This document shows positions 1 to 12,412 of a stretch of DNA of 64,000 bases, in pieces. Positions within the stretch are counted from its first letter, which is position 1. Every line of letters begins with the position of its first letter. Made by a program: the position numbers and the translations under genes. The notes under the pieces were generated by a model. The model worked only from the letters and a program-made list of their open reading frames with translations, had not been told where the DNA came from and made no database searches. Location of the stretch: positions 84,196,001-84,260,000 of the forward strand of contig OX597818.1 of NCBI GenBank assembly GCA_951406725.2, written 5' to 3'. The stretch is from Octopus vulgaris. Taxonomy: Eukaryota.

Positions 1-111
1 GTGTATATATATGTATATACGTGTATGTGTATATATGTGTGTGAATGCATGTGTGTAACACATATATGCATACACACATGCCACATGCGTGCGCGCACAT
101 ACACGCTTATA

Positions 112-146
<35 letters not shown>

Positions 147-1279
147 GTGTGTATATGTGTATATATATTTATATATACATATACATATATATACACGCAC
201 ACACACACACATATATATATGTGTGTGAGTATATATATATATATATATATAAGCAACATACATACATACATACATGCATACATACATACATACATACATA
301 CGTACTTACATACATGGATATATATAAATATGTGTGTGTGTTCGTAGAAGGGAAAAGAGAGGAGAGGAGAGTATGCCTTTGTCTGTGTATATATGTGGAA
401 GGAGGCTTCAGTGTTTTCGAGCATGTATGTATATGCGTAAGTAACTCGATATTTATATCCATTATTTTAATATTTATCTTCTCATGTGAAACCAAACTTT
501 ATCACAATACGTTGATGTCTTTATGTATAGACTCTTATATGCGATAAGATATAGTTTTTGTGCCAAATAATCTTAGTGTGGTGTTAAAGTGCAAATACAA
601 CAAATGAATTTAAAGAAAAAAATTGTGAAAGCCACAAGGGTAAATAAATATATATATAAATGCTGAATAAGCCCTCAAAGAAAAGCACAAAATTATGAGA
701 AAAATTGTTCGATTCCAATATTCCAATCTATGCGTCCTCTTTTATTTCAAGAATTTTTAAGACTTCTCAGTCTTTCAGTGATTCTTATATTAAAATTTTT
801 TGCCCAGTATTTCTCTACATAAAGAATTAGAAAATCAAAAGTAGATAACAAATAAAAGATAAATGGATGGTTTTAATACGTTTTTTTTAAAGTTTCTATA
901 CAAATATATATGTACGTACATTCGTATGTTTGTACATATGTATGTATACATATATGATGTATGTATGTATTTATGCACGTTTGTGTGGGTATGTATGATA
1001 GAGAATTGAGCAGAAATGGCTTTGTGTCTGTATGTATGTGTGTGTACATGTGGGAGAGGTCTGTACGCACGCACGCTTGTGTTTGAGTTTAGTTTGATGT
1101 ACATTGTACTGTGAGATACATATATATATATATATACATACATATATATGTATATGTATCAAAATAAATGAATGCTTATACACACATATAGGATTTTTCT
1201 ATGAATGTGAACAAGATATATATACATACATATATATAAACACATACACACACACACACACACATATATATTTATATAC

Positions 1280-1334
<55 letters not shown>

Positions 1335-1389
1335 TATACATACATATATGATTTTTCTATAAATATAAACAATATATGTATACATACAT

Positions 1390-1522
1390 ATATAAAGATA
1401 AGAGTAAATAATTTCTATAAAGGCTTTTAAAAAAAACCCAATTATTTACTGGTAGAATTCGGTATGTAAATATAGCCGATTACCGGCAGGAACTTCTGTA
1501 AAGTTCAGTATATATATTGTAT
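1390..1522 (-). repeat. Inverted 133-bp copy of the 3' end of the 619-bp unit
   Basis: 1390-1522 is the reverse complement of 2002-2134 and of 2621-2753. Confidence 0.93.
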
Positions 1523-1719
1523 TGGATTTTTCACTCCCTTTGACAACCTATTTTTGTAATGCGCATGGCAGAATTTTTGGAGGGAAGATTTATGAATTCA
1601 AACGTCTATGTAGATTTAGCCTTTGCTCACTCTCTTCAAATATTTTGATGTCGCATGGTCAGAAGGTTTGAGGTACGTAGCATTTGATAAATCTATGATA
1701 AATCTTTTTCAATGGAAAG

Positions 1720-1830
1720 CTGTGCTGAAGAAGGATGTGAAATATATATGCAATATATATGAAATATATTTCAAAAATATATGGAATATATATTCAATAT
1801 GTTTATAATCCAGAAACATGATGTTCACAG
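1720..1830 (+). ncRNA. Type I hammerhead ribozyme (copy 1)
   Basis: CTGTG-CTGAAGA-aGGAT...ATCCa-GAAA-CA(tga)T-GTT-CACAG. Stem I is CTGTG/CACAG, stem II GGAT/ATCC with a long AT-rich loop, short stem III, GUU cleavage triplet. Confidence 0.75.
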
Positions 1831-2338
1831 ATAACCGCCAGACTTCGTATTCGTTATCTATTCCTTCTGTTTTGCATATGTGAATTACAGGGTCTGTCAT
1901 GCCCGGAGTCCAACTTTGATAGAAATAAGCATTCTTGACTGCTATTTCTATTTTTTCGGTATGCGGTCAAGCAACCTGTTTTGCCTGTCCCTTTTTCTTA
2001 TATACAATATATATACTGAACTTTACAGAAGTTCCTGCCGGTAATCGGCTATATTTACATACCAAATTCTACCAGTAAATAATTGGGGTTTTTTTAAAAG
2101 CCTTTATAGAAATTATTTACTCTTATCTTTATATTACTATTTGAATTTTTCACTCCCTTTGACAACCTATTTTTGTAATGCGCATGGCAGAATTTTTGGA
2201 GGGAAGATTTATGAATTCAAACGTCTATGTAGATTTAGCCTTTGCTCACTCTCTTCAAATATTTTGATGTCGCATGGTCAGAAGGTTTGAGGTACGAAGC
2301 ATTTGATAAATCTATGATAAATCTTTTTCAATGGAAAG

Positions 2339-2449
2339 CTGTGCTGAAGAAGGATGTGAAATATATATGCAATATATATGAAATATATTTCAAAAATATA
2401 TGGAATATATATTCAATATGTTTATAATCCAGAAACATGATGTTCACAG
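2339..2449 (+). ncRNA. Type I hammerhead ribozyme (copy 2)
   Basis: Same motif as 1720-1830, shifted by 619. Confidence 0.75.
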
Positions 2450-2957
2450 ATAACCGCCAGACTTCGTATTCGCTATCTATTACTTCTGTTTTGCATATGT
2501 GAATTACAGGGTCTGTCATGCCCGGAGTCCAACTTTGATAGAAATAAGCATTCTTGACTGCTATTTCTATTTTTTCGGTATGCGGTCAAGCAACCTGTTT
2601 TGCCTGTCCCTTTTTCTTATATACAATATATATACTGAACTTTACAGAAGTTCCTGCCGGTAATCGGCTATATTTACATACCGAATTCTACCAGTAAATA
2701 ATTGGGGTTTTTTTAAAAGCCTTTATAGAAATTATTTACTCTTATCTTTATATTACTATTTGGATTTTTCACTCCCTTTGACAACCTATTTTTGTAACGC
2801 GCATGGCAGAATTTTTGGAGGGAAGATTTATGAATTCAAACGTCTATGTAGATTTAGCCTTTGCTCACTCTCTTCAAATATTTTGATGTCGCATGGTCAG
2901 AAGGTTTGAGGTACGTAGCATTTGATAAATCTATGATAAATCTTTTTCAATGGAAAG

Positions 2958-3068
2958 CTGTGCTGAAGAAGGATGTGAAATATATATGCAATATATATGA
3001 AATATATTTCAAAAATATATGGAATATATATTCAATATGTTTATAATCCAGAAACATTATGTTCACAG
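2958..3068 (+). ncRNA. Type I hammerhead ribozyme (copy 3)
   Basis: Same motif shifted by 1238; the visible change is in loop III (tga to tta). Confidence 0.75.
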
Positions 3069-3642
3069 ATAACCGCCAGACTTCGTATTCGTTATCTATT
3101 CCTTCTGTTTTGCATATGTGAATTACAGGGTCTGTCATGCCCGGAGTCCAACTTTGATAGAAATAAGCATTCTTGACTGCTATTTCTATTTTTTCGGTAT
3201 TCGGTCAAGCAACCTGTTTTGCCTGTCCCTTTTTCTTATATACATACATATATATATATATACATACATACATATATACATACATTCATACATATATATA
3301 TATATATTTATGAGTGTGTTAATATATATACACATACAACATATATATAATGTAATTATACTTTCATATATATATACATATATATATATATATAACACTT
3401 AATCTTCACAAGTGTACATGCAAATTCACATTTGCACACACACACACACATTCACTGACATATACACACAGGTGGACACAAGCACGTAAACATCTCCTCG
3501 GCATATATATATTTATCTATCTATCTATCTATCTATCTATCTGTCTATATATATATATATATATTATTTATATGGTGTTGTGGATTTCCACTTCGGCATC
3601 TGAAACTCAGAGTTTTATCTTGATTACCGAGTAATGTAACAT

Positions 3643-3704
<62 letters not shown>

Positions 3705-3711
<7 letters not shown>

Positions 3712-4368
3712 CAAAAAGGGTGAAATATAATTAATTTAATAAAATTAATAAATTTCACCTAGTAGTTTTATCGGTGTAGAAAAGACCATATTTGGTAAGG
3801 ATTATATTAATTATATTAAAGGGTTAATTGCAACAAGTTGCTCAAAACCACATACCGAAAATATTAGAAATGGCAGCCAAATAGTTCACCATTTCTCCCA
3901 CTAGTAAAAAAGTCTCCACAAACAAACAGAATTTGCGACCCGTAAATGGTAAAGAGAAAGAAAATAACGAAATCGTTTCTAGATTAGAACCAGAAGTTTA
4001 TTTCCTTGTCAATATAATATTTCCTATAAATCTAGAAATGCTAGGAAAAAACTCACCCACTACACCGGCTCGATCAGGTGACATCGAACGATCTAATGGT
4101 CCGCCAGCATCTCTACATTTATATAGACAGGCGAATTCGTATCTCCCTCCAAAATTACCACGTGAGTTACAAAAACATTATCAACGAAACGAAGTTTCGC
4201 AGATTTATTGTTTGGGTGTAATAGTGTGCAATATAGTTATGGAAGTGGTTTGTGGAAACTTTTTTGCTAGTAGGAGAAATGGTGACCTATTTGGCTGCCA
4301 TTTCTAATATTTTTGGTGTGTGGTTTTGAGCAACTTGTTGCAATTAACCCTTTATTATAATTAAGATA
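3705..4368. mobile_element. Foldback element with about 120-bp inverted arms (3803-3923 / 4248-4368), PLE-like remnant in (TA)n
   Basis: aagggttaattgcaacaagttgctcaaaaccac...ccacaaac versus gtttgtgg...gtggttttgagcaacttgttgcaattaaccctt. Confidence 0.7.
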
Positions 4369-4498
4369 TATATATGTATGTATATGTATATGAATGAATT
4401 AGTAAATATTGGTATGTATGCATGTAATTTATGTACATATGTGTATGCGTATGTGAGTGCGTGTATATGTGTGTGTGTGTGCTTGTGTGTGAGGAAGA

Positions 4499-4542
<44 letters not shown>

Positions 4543-5025
4543 CACTTTCAGATTCGAACGTAAAACTCCAGATGTCCTTTATTATTAATGTCGTAGTTCA
4601 GCTACTTCCTGATGACGATGTTGATGATGGTGGTAATGATGATGATGATGCTGATGATGATGATGATGATGATGACGATGGTGAAGATGATGATGCTGAT
4701 GCTGATGCTGCTGCTGCCGATGATGATGATGATGATGGTGATGATTACCACGGCGCCGATAATGATGACGATAGTGGTGCGATGGAGATGACGATGGTAA
4801 GATAATCATGATCATGAAGATGATGATGATGTTGGTGGTGGTGGTTAGTGGTATTGATGGTTGCTCGTTGGTGGTATTGGTGGTGGTGGTGGTTGTTAAT
4901 GGATGTTGATGGGGATGCTGCTGCTGCAGCTGCTGATGATAGCCACGTGACGATGACGGAAACTGTAAATAGCTGTGATACTAATGTGATCCATTCGAAA
5001 ATAAGTGCAGACGAGGAGTGACAAC

Positions 5026-5066
<41 letters not shown>

Positions 5067-5266
5067 ACATACACACGCACACACATACGTGCTCACACAC
5101 ACACACATATACATATCAGGCTGAGTCAGCTCCATGTGATTTCAGATTTGGAGGGTAATTAGGACGAACTCATCCGATTTCTGATGAGATGAGTTCTTCC
5201 AATGATCTGAGACAATTTCAAGTCATATGTAAATGAGTTAAGCACTGTTATTAGAAATATAATTTA

Positions 5267-5488
5267 CAGTAATCCATCGACTACCGCGGGTGTTACGTTC
5301 CAAAATCCCCCGCGATAAGTGAAAATCCGTGAAGTAGAAACAGTACTGTATTGTTTATTTTGTAATTATTTCTATAATTTGTATATATATTTTTTTATTA
5401 TACATGCAAAATAACACCATGGAGGAATCGACCAAAGCTTAAATGATTAACCGCGATAAGTGAACCGCGATATGGCGAGGGATTATTG
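5267..5488. mobile_element. Tigger/pogo-like MITE
   Basis: Imperfect TIRs cagtaatcc(a)tcg / cgagggattattg, flanked by TA on both sides; no coding capacity. Confidence 0.7.
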
Positions 5489-5555
5489 TATATGTAATTA
5501 CCACCAAATGTGTTAACTGCCACTTTCTTTCGTTTGTCCTCTCACTTCTCTATCC

Positions 5556-5625
<70 letters not shown>

Positions 5626-6353
5626 GTATATGCCTGTCTGTCTGCCTGTCTGCCTGTATGTATGTATGTATGTATGTATGTATGTACGTATGTATAGGTC
5701 TGTTAAAATAAAAAGGAAATATAAAACTCGTTATTATGAAGTCATTCTTCGTAATAATTTGGAAGGATTAGAAGTTCCAATTTGAAATTAAGAAATGCAG
5801 AAATAACATGCAGAAAATACATATCATATTTTATTGTTGCTTACTTCTGAGGAGGTTCCTAGACTTTCTGCTTCGCTGAATACGTGTATAGTGTTATTTC
5901 ATTCCTTTCAAAAATCATCAGTATTACATAACTTGAGATACATTAAGCAAGCATTATATGAAACAGCATATTGCTTATAGAGGGAAAATATGTAGTGTGC
6001 CGAACTAATTCGTGAGATATATAGTTTTACTTGTTTTTTTTTTCTCTTTCTTTACAGAATGTAAGCAGCTTAGCAATCGAGAACAAAATATGTAGTGTGT
6101 GCATCATTAGAATATATATGTAGACGCACAAAGAGACACTCACACAAACACACACACGCGCGCGCGCGCTTACACATGCACACATACACATATTTATATT
6201 CACGTAAGATGGTTATCTCCCTTGTCAATACACGGACACGTAGTTCGTTGTTGTTCTAAGGGTTCCTTAACTCTTATTTCTAGCAATGTAGGTCTCAGTT
6301 AAAGACAACTGAAGCTTTCCATTTTGATTTTGTAATGAGTATAGCCACCTTCG

Positions 6354-6412
<59 letters not shown>

Positions 6413-6414
<2 letters not shown>

Positions 6415-7195
6415 AGAGGAAGTACCTAAAAGTAACCGGAAACTTTCACTGTGAGACAAGCCTATAGTTGTTCTGGCCTAGGCCGCAAGAAGCTACTTGG
6501 TGAAGCCCCAGGGTTTAGTTTGCCGACAGGCGCCGTACGCTGCGGTCGTACTGCTACATGCTGCGTTTCTGTTAAGTGGTGCTTTTCCCTTCTTCGTCGA
6601 TTTTTGCGATGACTGAAACGAAGAAACAGCGGGCTTCTGTTAAATTTTGTTTTCTGCTGGGGAAAATGGCTGCCGAAACAGTTGCAATGCTTTAAACAGC
6701 TGACAAGGACGCTGCCATAAGCAAAACACAAGCTTTACAAGTGGGTGGTTTCCACGCTTTAGGAATGGTCACTTGTCGCTTGAAGACCAACCTCGTTCAG
6801 GACGACTGTCGACATCCCGAACGAATGAAAACGGCATAAAAATTCGTGAACTGATCTTTGAGGACCGTAACCGAACGATTGATGAACTTGTTAATATGAC
6901 TGGTGTGTCCTGGAGCCCCTGCCACCGAAAAGCAGTCACGACTGAATGCGCGACGTGAACTGAAAGAACAGCTGGAATCTGATCCGAACTTTTTTCGAAG
7001 ATCATCACTGCTGACGAAAGCTGGTGCTACGGAATTTGCAGATGTGGAAGAGGTGAAGAAAAAAGGCATTCCTTCGCAAGAGTTCCAAGACTGCTTCGAA
7101 CAGTGGAAGACACCCCTGGAATGATGCATGGCTTCAAATAGAGAATACTTTGAAGGCGATAAAAGTGTTAACATGTAAATCTAAGTGAATAAATT
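6413..7195 (+). mobile_element. Internally deleted, decayed mariner transposon
   Basis: Frames give QRASVKFCFLLGK.AAETVAML, LEDQPRSGR, IITADESWCYG (first catalytic D) and EFQDCFEQWK...EYFEGD, broken by stops and frameshifts. Confidence 0.88.
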
Positions 7196-7344
7196 ATTAG
7201 TTTGTTCTGAAAATAATGGCCACTCTAAGTGTTGTGTTTTGAAACAATTTTATCATATTTTAATTATATTTCAGCATACTTAGTAAATGATATATGCTCT
7301 TTAATAATGTTCTACGTATTTCAGACAGAAAACATTCTTGAATC

Positions 7345-8270
7345 ATAGACATGTATAAATATAACGATAAAGAACCTTCGCTTACTTTTCTTGCATGAGA
7401 TACAAGCTTAGGCACAATGCCTCCTAAACTGCTGCCAATATCAACAGAGCTTGTGGAGAAGGGTCTACAACTGATTGCACAGTACGATGGTGGTTTCAGA
7501 AATTCTGTAGTGATGAGATCCTTGAAGAGGAAAAAGGCAGAGGTCTGTCATGCAGTCTTGACAATGAACAATTAAAAGCAATTGTTGAACAAACCCACAT
7601 CAAAGTTTCAGAAAAATATCTCAGGCACTTGGTGTCGGTATTGCAACTGTCTAACGCAATCTGCAGACGATTGGTAAGGTGCAAAAGCTCGATCAATGGG
7701 TACCGCATGAGCTCAATGAAAATCAAAAGTTCGGCGGTTTGAAGTGTGCTCGATGCTCTTTCTGCGAAACACCAACGATACTTTTCTTGACCGAATAGTC
7801 ACCTGTGACGAAAAGTTGATCCTTTATGGTAACCGTAACCCATCAGGTCAATGGCTTGATCGTGATGAGTCCCCTAGACATTTCCCAAACCCAAATTTGC
7901 ATCAGTAAAATATCATGATAACTGTCTGGTGGTCTGCAATTGCTGTTATCCATTACAGCTTTTTGGAAACCAATCAGAGCATTACAGCAGAGGGTTACCG
8001 TAATCAACTCGCTGAAACGCATGCTCCTGCAAAAAGTGAGACCTGCATTGGTGAATCGGCGTTGCCCTATTCTGCTCCAAGTTGATGCAAAGCCACGTGT
8101 TGCAAGACTGAAGCTGCAGAATTTCACAGACTTTGGTTACATCTTCCATTTTATCCTTTTCTTTCACCCACTGACTACCATTTTTTAAAGCATTTAAACA
8201 CGTTTTTAAGTGATAAAGCTTTCATGTTCAAGCTTTCAAAGATTTCTTAGTATCCGAAATCGGAAACATT
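7345..8270 (+). pseudogene. Decayed Hsmar1/SETMAR-like mariner transposase
   Basis: Motifs VRWWFQKF, WVPHELNENQK, RIVTCDEK, TVWWSA, LVNRRCPILL and SPTDYHF, with frameshifts and stops. Confidence 0.88.
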
Positions 8271-8352
8271 GCAAAATTCCGGCTTCTTTTGGGTATCCCT
8301 TCATATATGTATATATATGTACGATTGATACACACGCGCACATGCACACATG

Positions 8353-8392
<40 letters not shown>

Positions 8393-8600
8393 ATATATAT
8401 ATATATGTGCGTGTCCCTTTATCTTCTCTACGACCGCTTCTTCTGGTGACTATTGGTTTGGGAATAAAGTGAGCATAACCTGAGCGCGCGAGGCAGTTGC
8501 ACATATATATTCACGTTATGAACTTTACATTTTTTATTTATATTAACTCTGCATAAATATGCACATACATACATGCATGTATAAAGAGATAGATAGATAA

Positions 8601-8674
<74 letters not shown>

Positions 8675-8828
8675 GAACTTAGCTCTGACCCGTTGAGCCA
8701 CCAGGAAAGTTTAATTTTCCTTGCAACGGAATTTTGCTTCGTGGGTCTTTTCTTTTCCAGGTTATTGCGCATGCTTTCAATGAAAGCTTCATTCATGCAA
8801 CATGTGGCTCCTTTCTCCAGAAAATGAA

Positions 8829-8943
8829 AGATTTGGCTGCTATTTCTTGCATACCATGCTATCACGTAACAGGTATTATGGATCCTTTATTGCAAATAGC
8901 TGTTACGTGGTAGCAGGGCATGCTAGAAATAGCAGCCAAATCT
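8829..8943. repeat. About 43-bp inverted repeat with a 27-bp spacer
   Basis: agatttggctgctatttcttgcataccatgctatcacgtaacag / ctgttacgtggtagcagggcatgctagaaatagcagccaaatct. Confidence 0.85.
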
Positions 8944-9533
8944 TTGGAGGTGAAATACATTGAATGCACTTGAAAAACCTGATGGAAAATATATTTCACT
9001 TAGTGGTTTTCACGTTAATATATTTTTAAATATGCCAAAGAGCATTTCAAATGGTATCCACTGAAAATAATTTTAAAAGGTATTAAAATATTATTTGTTT
9101 AAGGAAAGCTAAAATATAAATGCCTACTGTACAAACAACTTACATTTTTGAAATCACATTCACTTAAATATATTTCTAAATGATTAAAATATTATATTTA
9201 ACAAAAGCGAAAATAGAAACATTTACTGTAACAAACAAATAATATTTTTTCGTTGACAAGTTACTGTGTCTTATCGAAAGGTTAGAGTTTCTTCCCTTTC
9301 AGGATGAAGTTATATTCGGAACATTTTCCTATTATGCACTATTTTTGTACTTATACCCTTAAACCCCGAATATCTCAATAACTACTGTTCCCATTTATGT
9401 GAAGCTTGTTTTATTCAGTTCGTATTAACATTTCAGGGGTTAATTGATAAATAGTATGTTCCTATTATGGGCCAGTTTGGCTGTGTAACATTGCAAGCAA
9501 GCAAGCACGATTGAACTTCACTTTTATTAGTAG

Positions 9534-9920
9534 ACTAGCAGTATCGCCCGGCGTTGCTCAGGTTTGTAAGGGAAATAACTATAAAGCATTTTTAGAGAGT
9601 TATAGCCAAAAAATAGCAAAAAAATGGAAAAAAAATGATGGTAAATTTTTTTTGAGAGTTAAAAAAGGTGGAGTTGCGTCCCCTAGACGGTCTGTGGTTT
9701 GGGTTTCTAATTCTCGACCCCATGTCGAATTTATCGATTTTTTTCAGAACTGGGGGAACTTTTCAAAATTTTCGCTGCGTTAGTTTTGAATTATGACATT
9801 GGGCTATGTGTGTGTCAAGTTTCATCAGAATCGGTTGAAAGCCGTGGTCAGAGTGAGGGTACGAGAAAACAGACACACAGAAACACGCACAGACAAACTG
9901 CCGTTTATATAGAGAGAGAT
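9534..9920 (+). mobile_element. Non-autonomous Helentron/DINE-1-like element
   Basis: Starts actagcagtatcgcccggcgttgctc, contains an aagtttcatcagaatcgg core, ends acaaactgccgtttatatagagagat running into (GATA)n. Recognised by architecture only. Confidence 0.55.
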
Positions 9921-9923
9921 AGG

Positions 9924-10015
<92 letters not shown>

Positions 10016-10419
10016 AAGATCGATCGATAGATAGATACAAAGATAGATAGGTAGCTAGGTAGGTAGAGGAGTGAGAAGAAAGAAAGTGGCATTGAATTAT
10101 TATATTTTTAATGACTGTGTTTGACTTGGTTCCATTTGACTTAAAATTCTCTGAGGTTATACGAGGAATCCATGTCATAAGACATCGGATGTGTTCCTAA
10201 GCGACAACAAAATATTAAGTCATATGGTGCTTAGTCAATATGTTATTGATATGTGTGTGTGTGTGTGTGTGTGCTGTGTATGTATGTGTGTATGTATGTG
10301 TGTGTTTGTGTGTGTGTGTGAGTATGAATGTGTCACGTTTCGCCAATGGTCGACTGTTACGAATCTGCTTACGAATCCGGTAACACAAGAATTCCTTTTA
10401 CTCTTACGCTGTCACACCC

Positions 10420-10620
10420 CTTAAATATCCGTATTAAATACTTCCCACGATCCTTGTAACCGAGAACTCCAACCTGGTTCAATTCCTTCCCTACCCAAAT
10501 GTTTCTGCAGATATTGACATATAATTTGTTGCAAATGAGTGTGGCAACATTCACCGCTTCAATCAGAGAAGAGATGTAAAGGTCAGGGAGAAAGCCACAC
10601 CCCTTCTGAGGAAAATACCC
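10420..10620 (-). pseudogene. Possible non-LTR reverse transcriptase fragment
   Basis: Degenerate GIF..G..LSP and KYL-like motifs between microsatellites. Confidence 0.3.
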
Positions 10621-10791
10621 AAAACTGTATGATGATGATGATGATGATGATGATGATGGTAGTGGTGGTGGTGGTGGTGGTGGTGGCGGTGGTGGTGGCG
10701 GTGGTGGCATTGTTGGTGGTGCTGGTGTTAGTGTTGGTGTTAGTGGTGGCGATGGGGTTAGAGCTAGAGATATTAAAAGTGATGATGAAGA

Positions 10792-10825
<34 letters not shown>

Positions 10826-11449
10826 GGTGATGGTGGCGTTGTTGGTGGTGATGGTGATGGAGTGATAGTGATTCTAGTGGTGGTGGTGGTGGTGGTGGTA
10901 GTAGTAGTAATGGTATTACAGATATTAATGGCAACTGTGAAGTTTTATGTTGATGATGATGATGATCATCATTGAAATAATTATACTCATTGATGATTGA
11001 CGATGTTGTTAAGAACGGGTACAATGATGATGACGATGCTAATGAGTGATGACGATAATGATAACGATGATAATAACGTTGATGACGATGATGATGTGGA
11101 GGGGGTTGCAGGAATAGGGGCAGGAGGAACAGGAGCAGGAGGGAGAGTAATGAGGCAGTCGCTGCTACTGCTGCGACTTTCCTTAAAATTCTCTGCACTG
11201 TAAATATAAATAAAATAATCGAAAAATCAATAAAAATAATTATCAACAAAAACAAAAAAAAAATACCGAAAACTGGCGAAAGTTTGTAAAGGACTTAATA
11301 TTAACAATAAAACCATATTTAGAATAATTAGCAACATTTACAAATTTGGAATAGATACCTTTCAAAATGTGGTCCGACAGAGACGGATAGACAGACAGAC
11401 AGATAGACACACACAAAAGTATATATGTATAGATGTTTGTATTTCTTTA

Positions 11450-11500
<51 letters not shown>

Positions 11501-11519
11501 CGTCTAATCCTATTTTTTT

Positions 11520-11830
11520 CGTCCTGTGCAGTGTGTGGGCAGACATTGAATGGTTCCAGACTTTGAATACACATACTAATAGCGAAAAAAGCCGAACAAT
11601 CGGGCGGGTTTAACTGATGGCGCAACGGAAATTGCCGAAACTGACCTCTGTATTAGGAATTTTCGATCGGCATTTTTCGGACAATTAATATCCTTATTGC
11701 TGTTTATGCTTCCATTCATGTACATTAACTAGATCATTAGAGCGCTCTAGCTCTTATTTCTAGCAATGTAGGTGTTTCCTAACATTCTAGTCACATTTAG
11801 CGACAATTATAATTCTCCTTTTTGGTGAAT
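11520..11830 (+). mobile_element. Penelope-like 3' remnant with a degenerate hammerhead (11607-11658)
   Basis: tttaa-CTGATGG-cGCAA(cggaaa)TTGCc-GAAA-ctgacctct-GTA-ttagg, embedded between (TA)n tracts. Confidence 0.5.
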
Positions 11831-11858
11831 CATTTCAAACTGTGCTTATATCATAATA

Positions 11859-11946
<88 letters not shown>

Positions 11947-11999
11947 CATACATACATATACATACATATATACATATACATATACATGTATATATTATA

Positions 12000-12245
12000 T
12001 CGCCGTTCTTTTTGTATACATTCACTTGCTTTTTTCCAAAGAATCTAGTGCTCTTAGCTTATATTTTCCTGGGGCCGGCCAGATTAGAGCAGTCTCGAGA
12101 GTAACCGGCCGAAACTGCCAAGACGATCTGGTACTCGACTGAGTACCAGATCTCTGTTTTTTCCAGTCCTTTTTGGTATTGTCTATCTGTCCGAATGTTT
12201 TGTTGTCGCCTGTACGTTTTTGTTCTAGTTTTTGCTTTGATTATA
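12000..12245 (+). mobile_element. Short structured repeat remnant (PLE-like)
   Basis: GGCCGG...CCGGCC-GAAA, followed by a perfect 12-bp hairpin gatctggtactc-gact-gagtaccagatc (12125-12152). Confidence 0.45.
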
Positions 12246-12254
12246 AATATATAC

Positions 12255-12412
12255 GATCGGATTCTTTCAGTTTTTGTCTGCCAGATCTTCTAACAAGGCT
12301 TTCGGCCTTCGGCGGCCCGAGACTTTGGTAGGTGACACTTGCCTAAGGTGTCATGCAGTGGGACTGAACCCGGAATAATGTGCTTGGGAAGCAAGTTTCT
12401 TACAACACAACC
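12255..12412 (-). mobile_element. SINE family A, 5' fragment
   Basis: gacacttgcctaaggtgtcatgcagtgggactgaacccgg matches the other family A copies. Confidence 0.75.

Larger units (their letters stand above)
1523..3244 (+). repeat. 619-bp tandem repeat, about 2.8 near-identical units (1523-2141, 2142-2760, 2761-3244); PLE pLTR/retrozyme-like
   Basis: The same sequence recurs at +619 and +1238 (ORF track repeats at 1623/2242/2861) with only a few substitutions. Flanked by (TA)n/(TACA)n tracts. Confidence 0.95.

Noticed and set aside
1-1430. Many ORFs rich in YI/HT/CV (and similar ORFs throughout the window)
   Set aside because: Translations of (TA)n, (CA)n and (TACA)n microsatellites.
1623-3138. 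Repeated 61-63 aa ORFs in the tandem array
   Set aside because: Short, no recognisable domain, overlapping the ribozyme and its AT-rich loop; they recur only because the DNA repeats.
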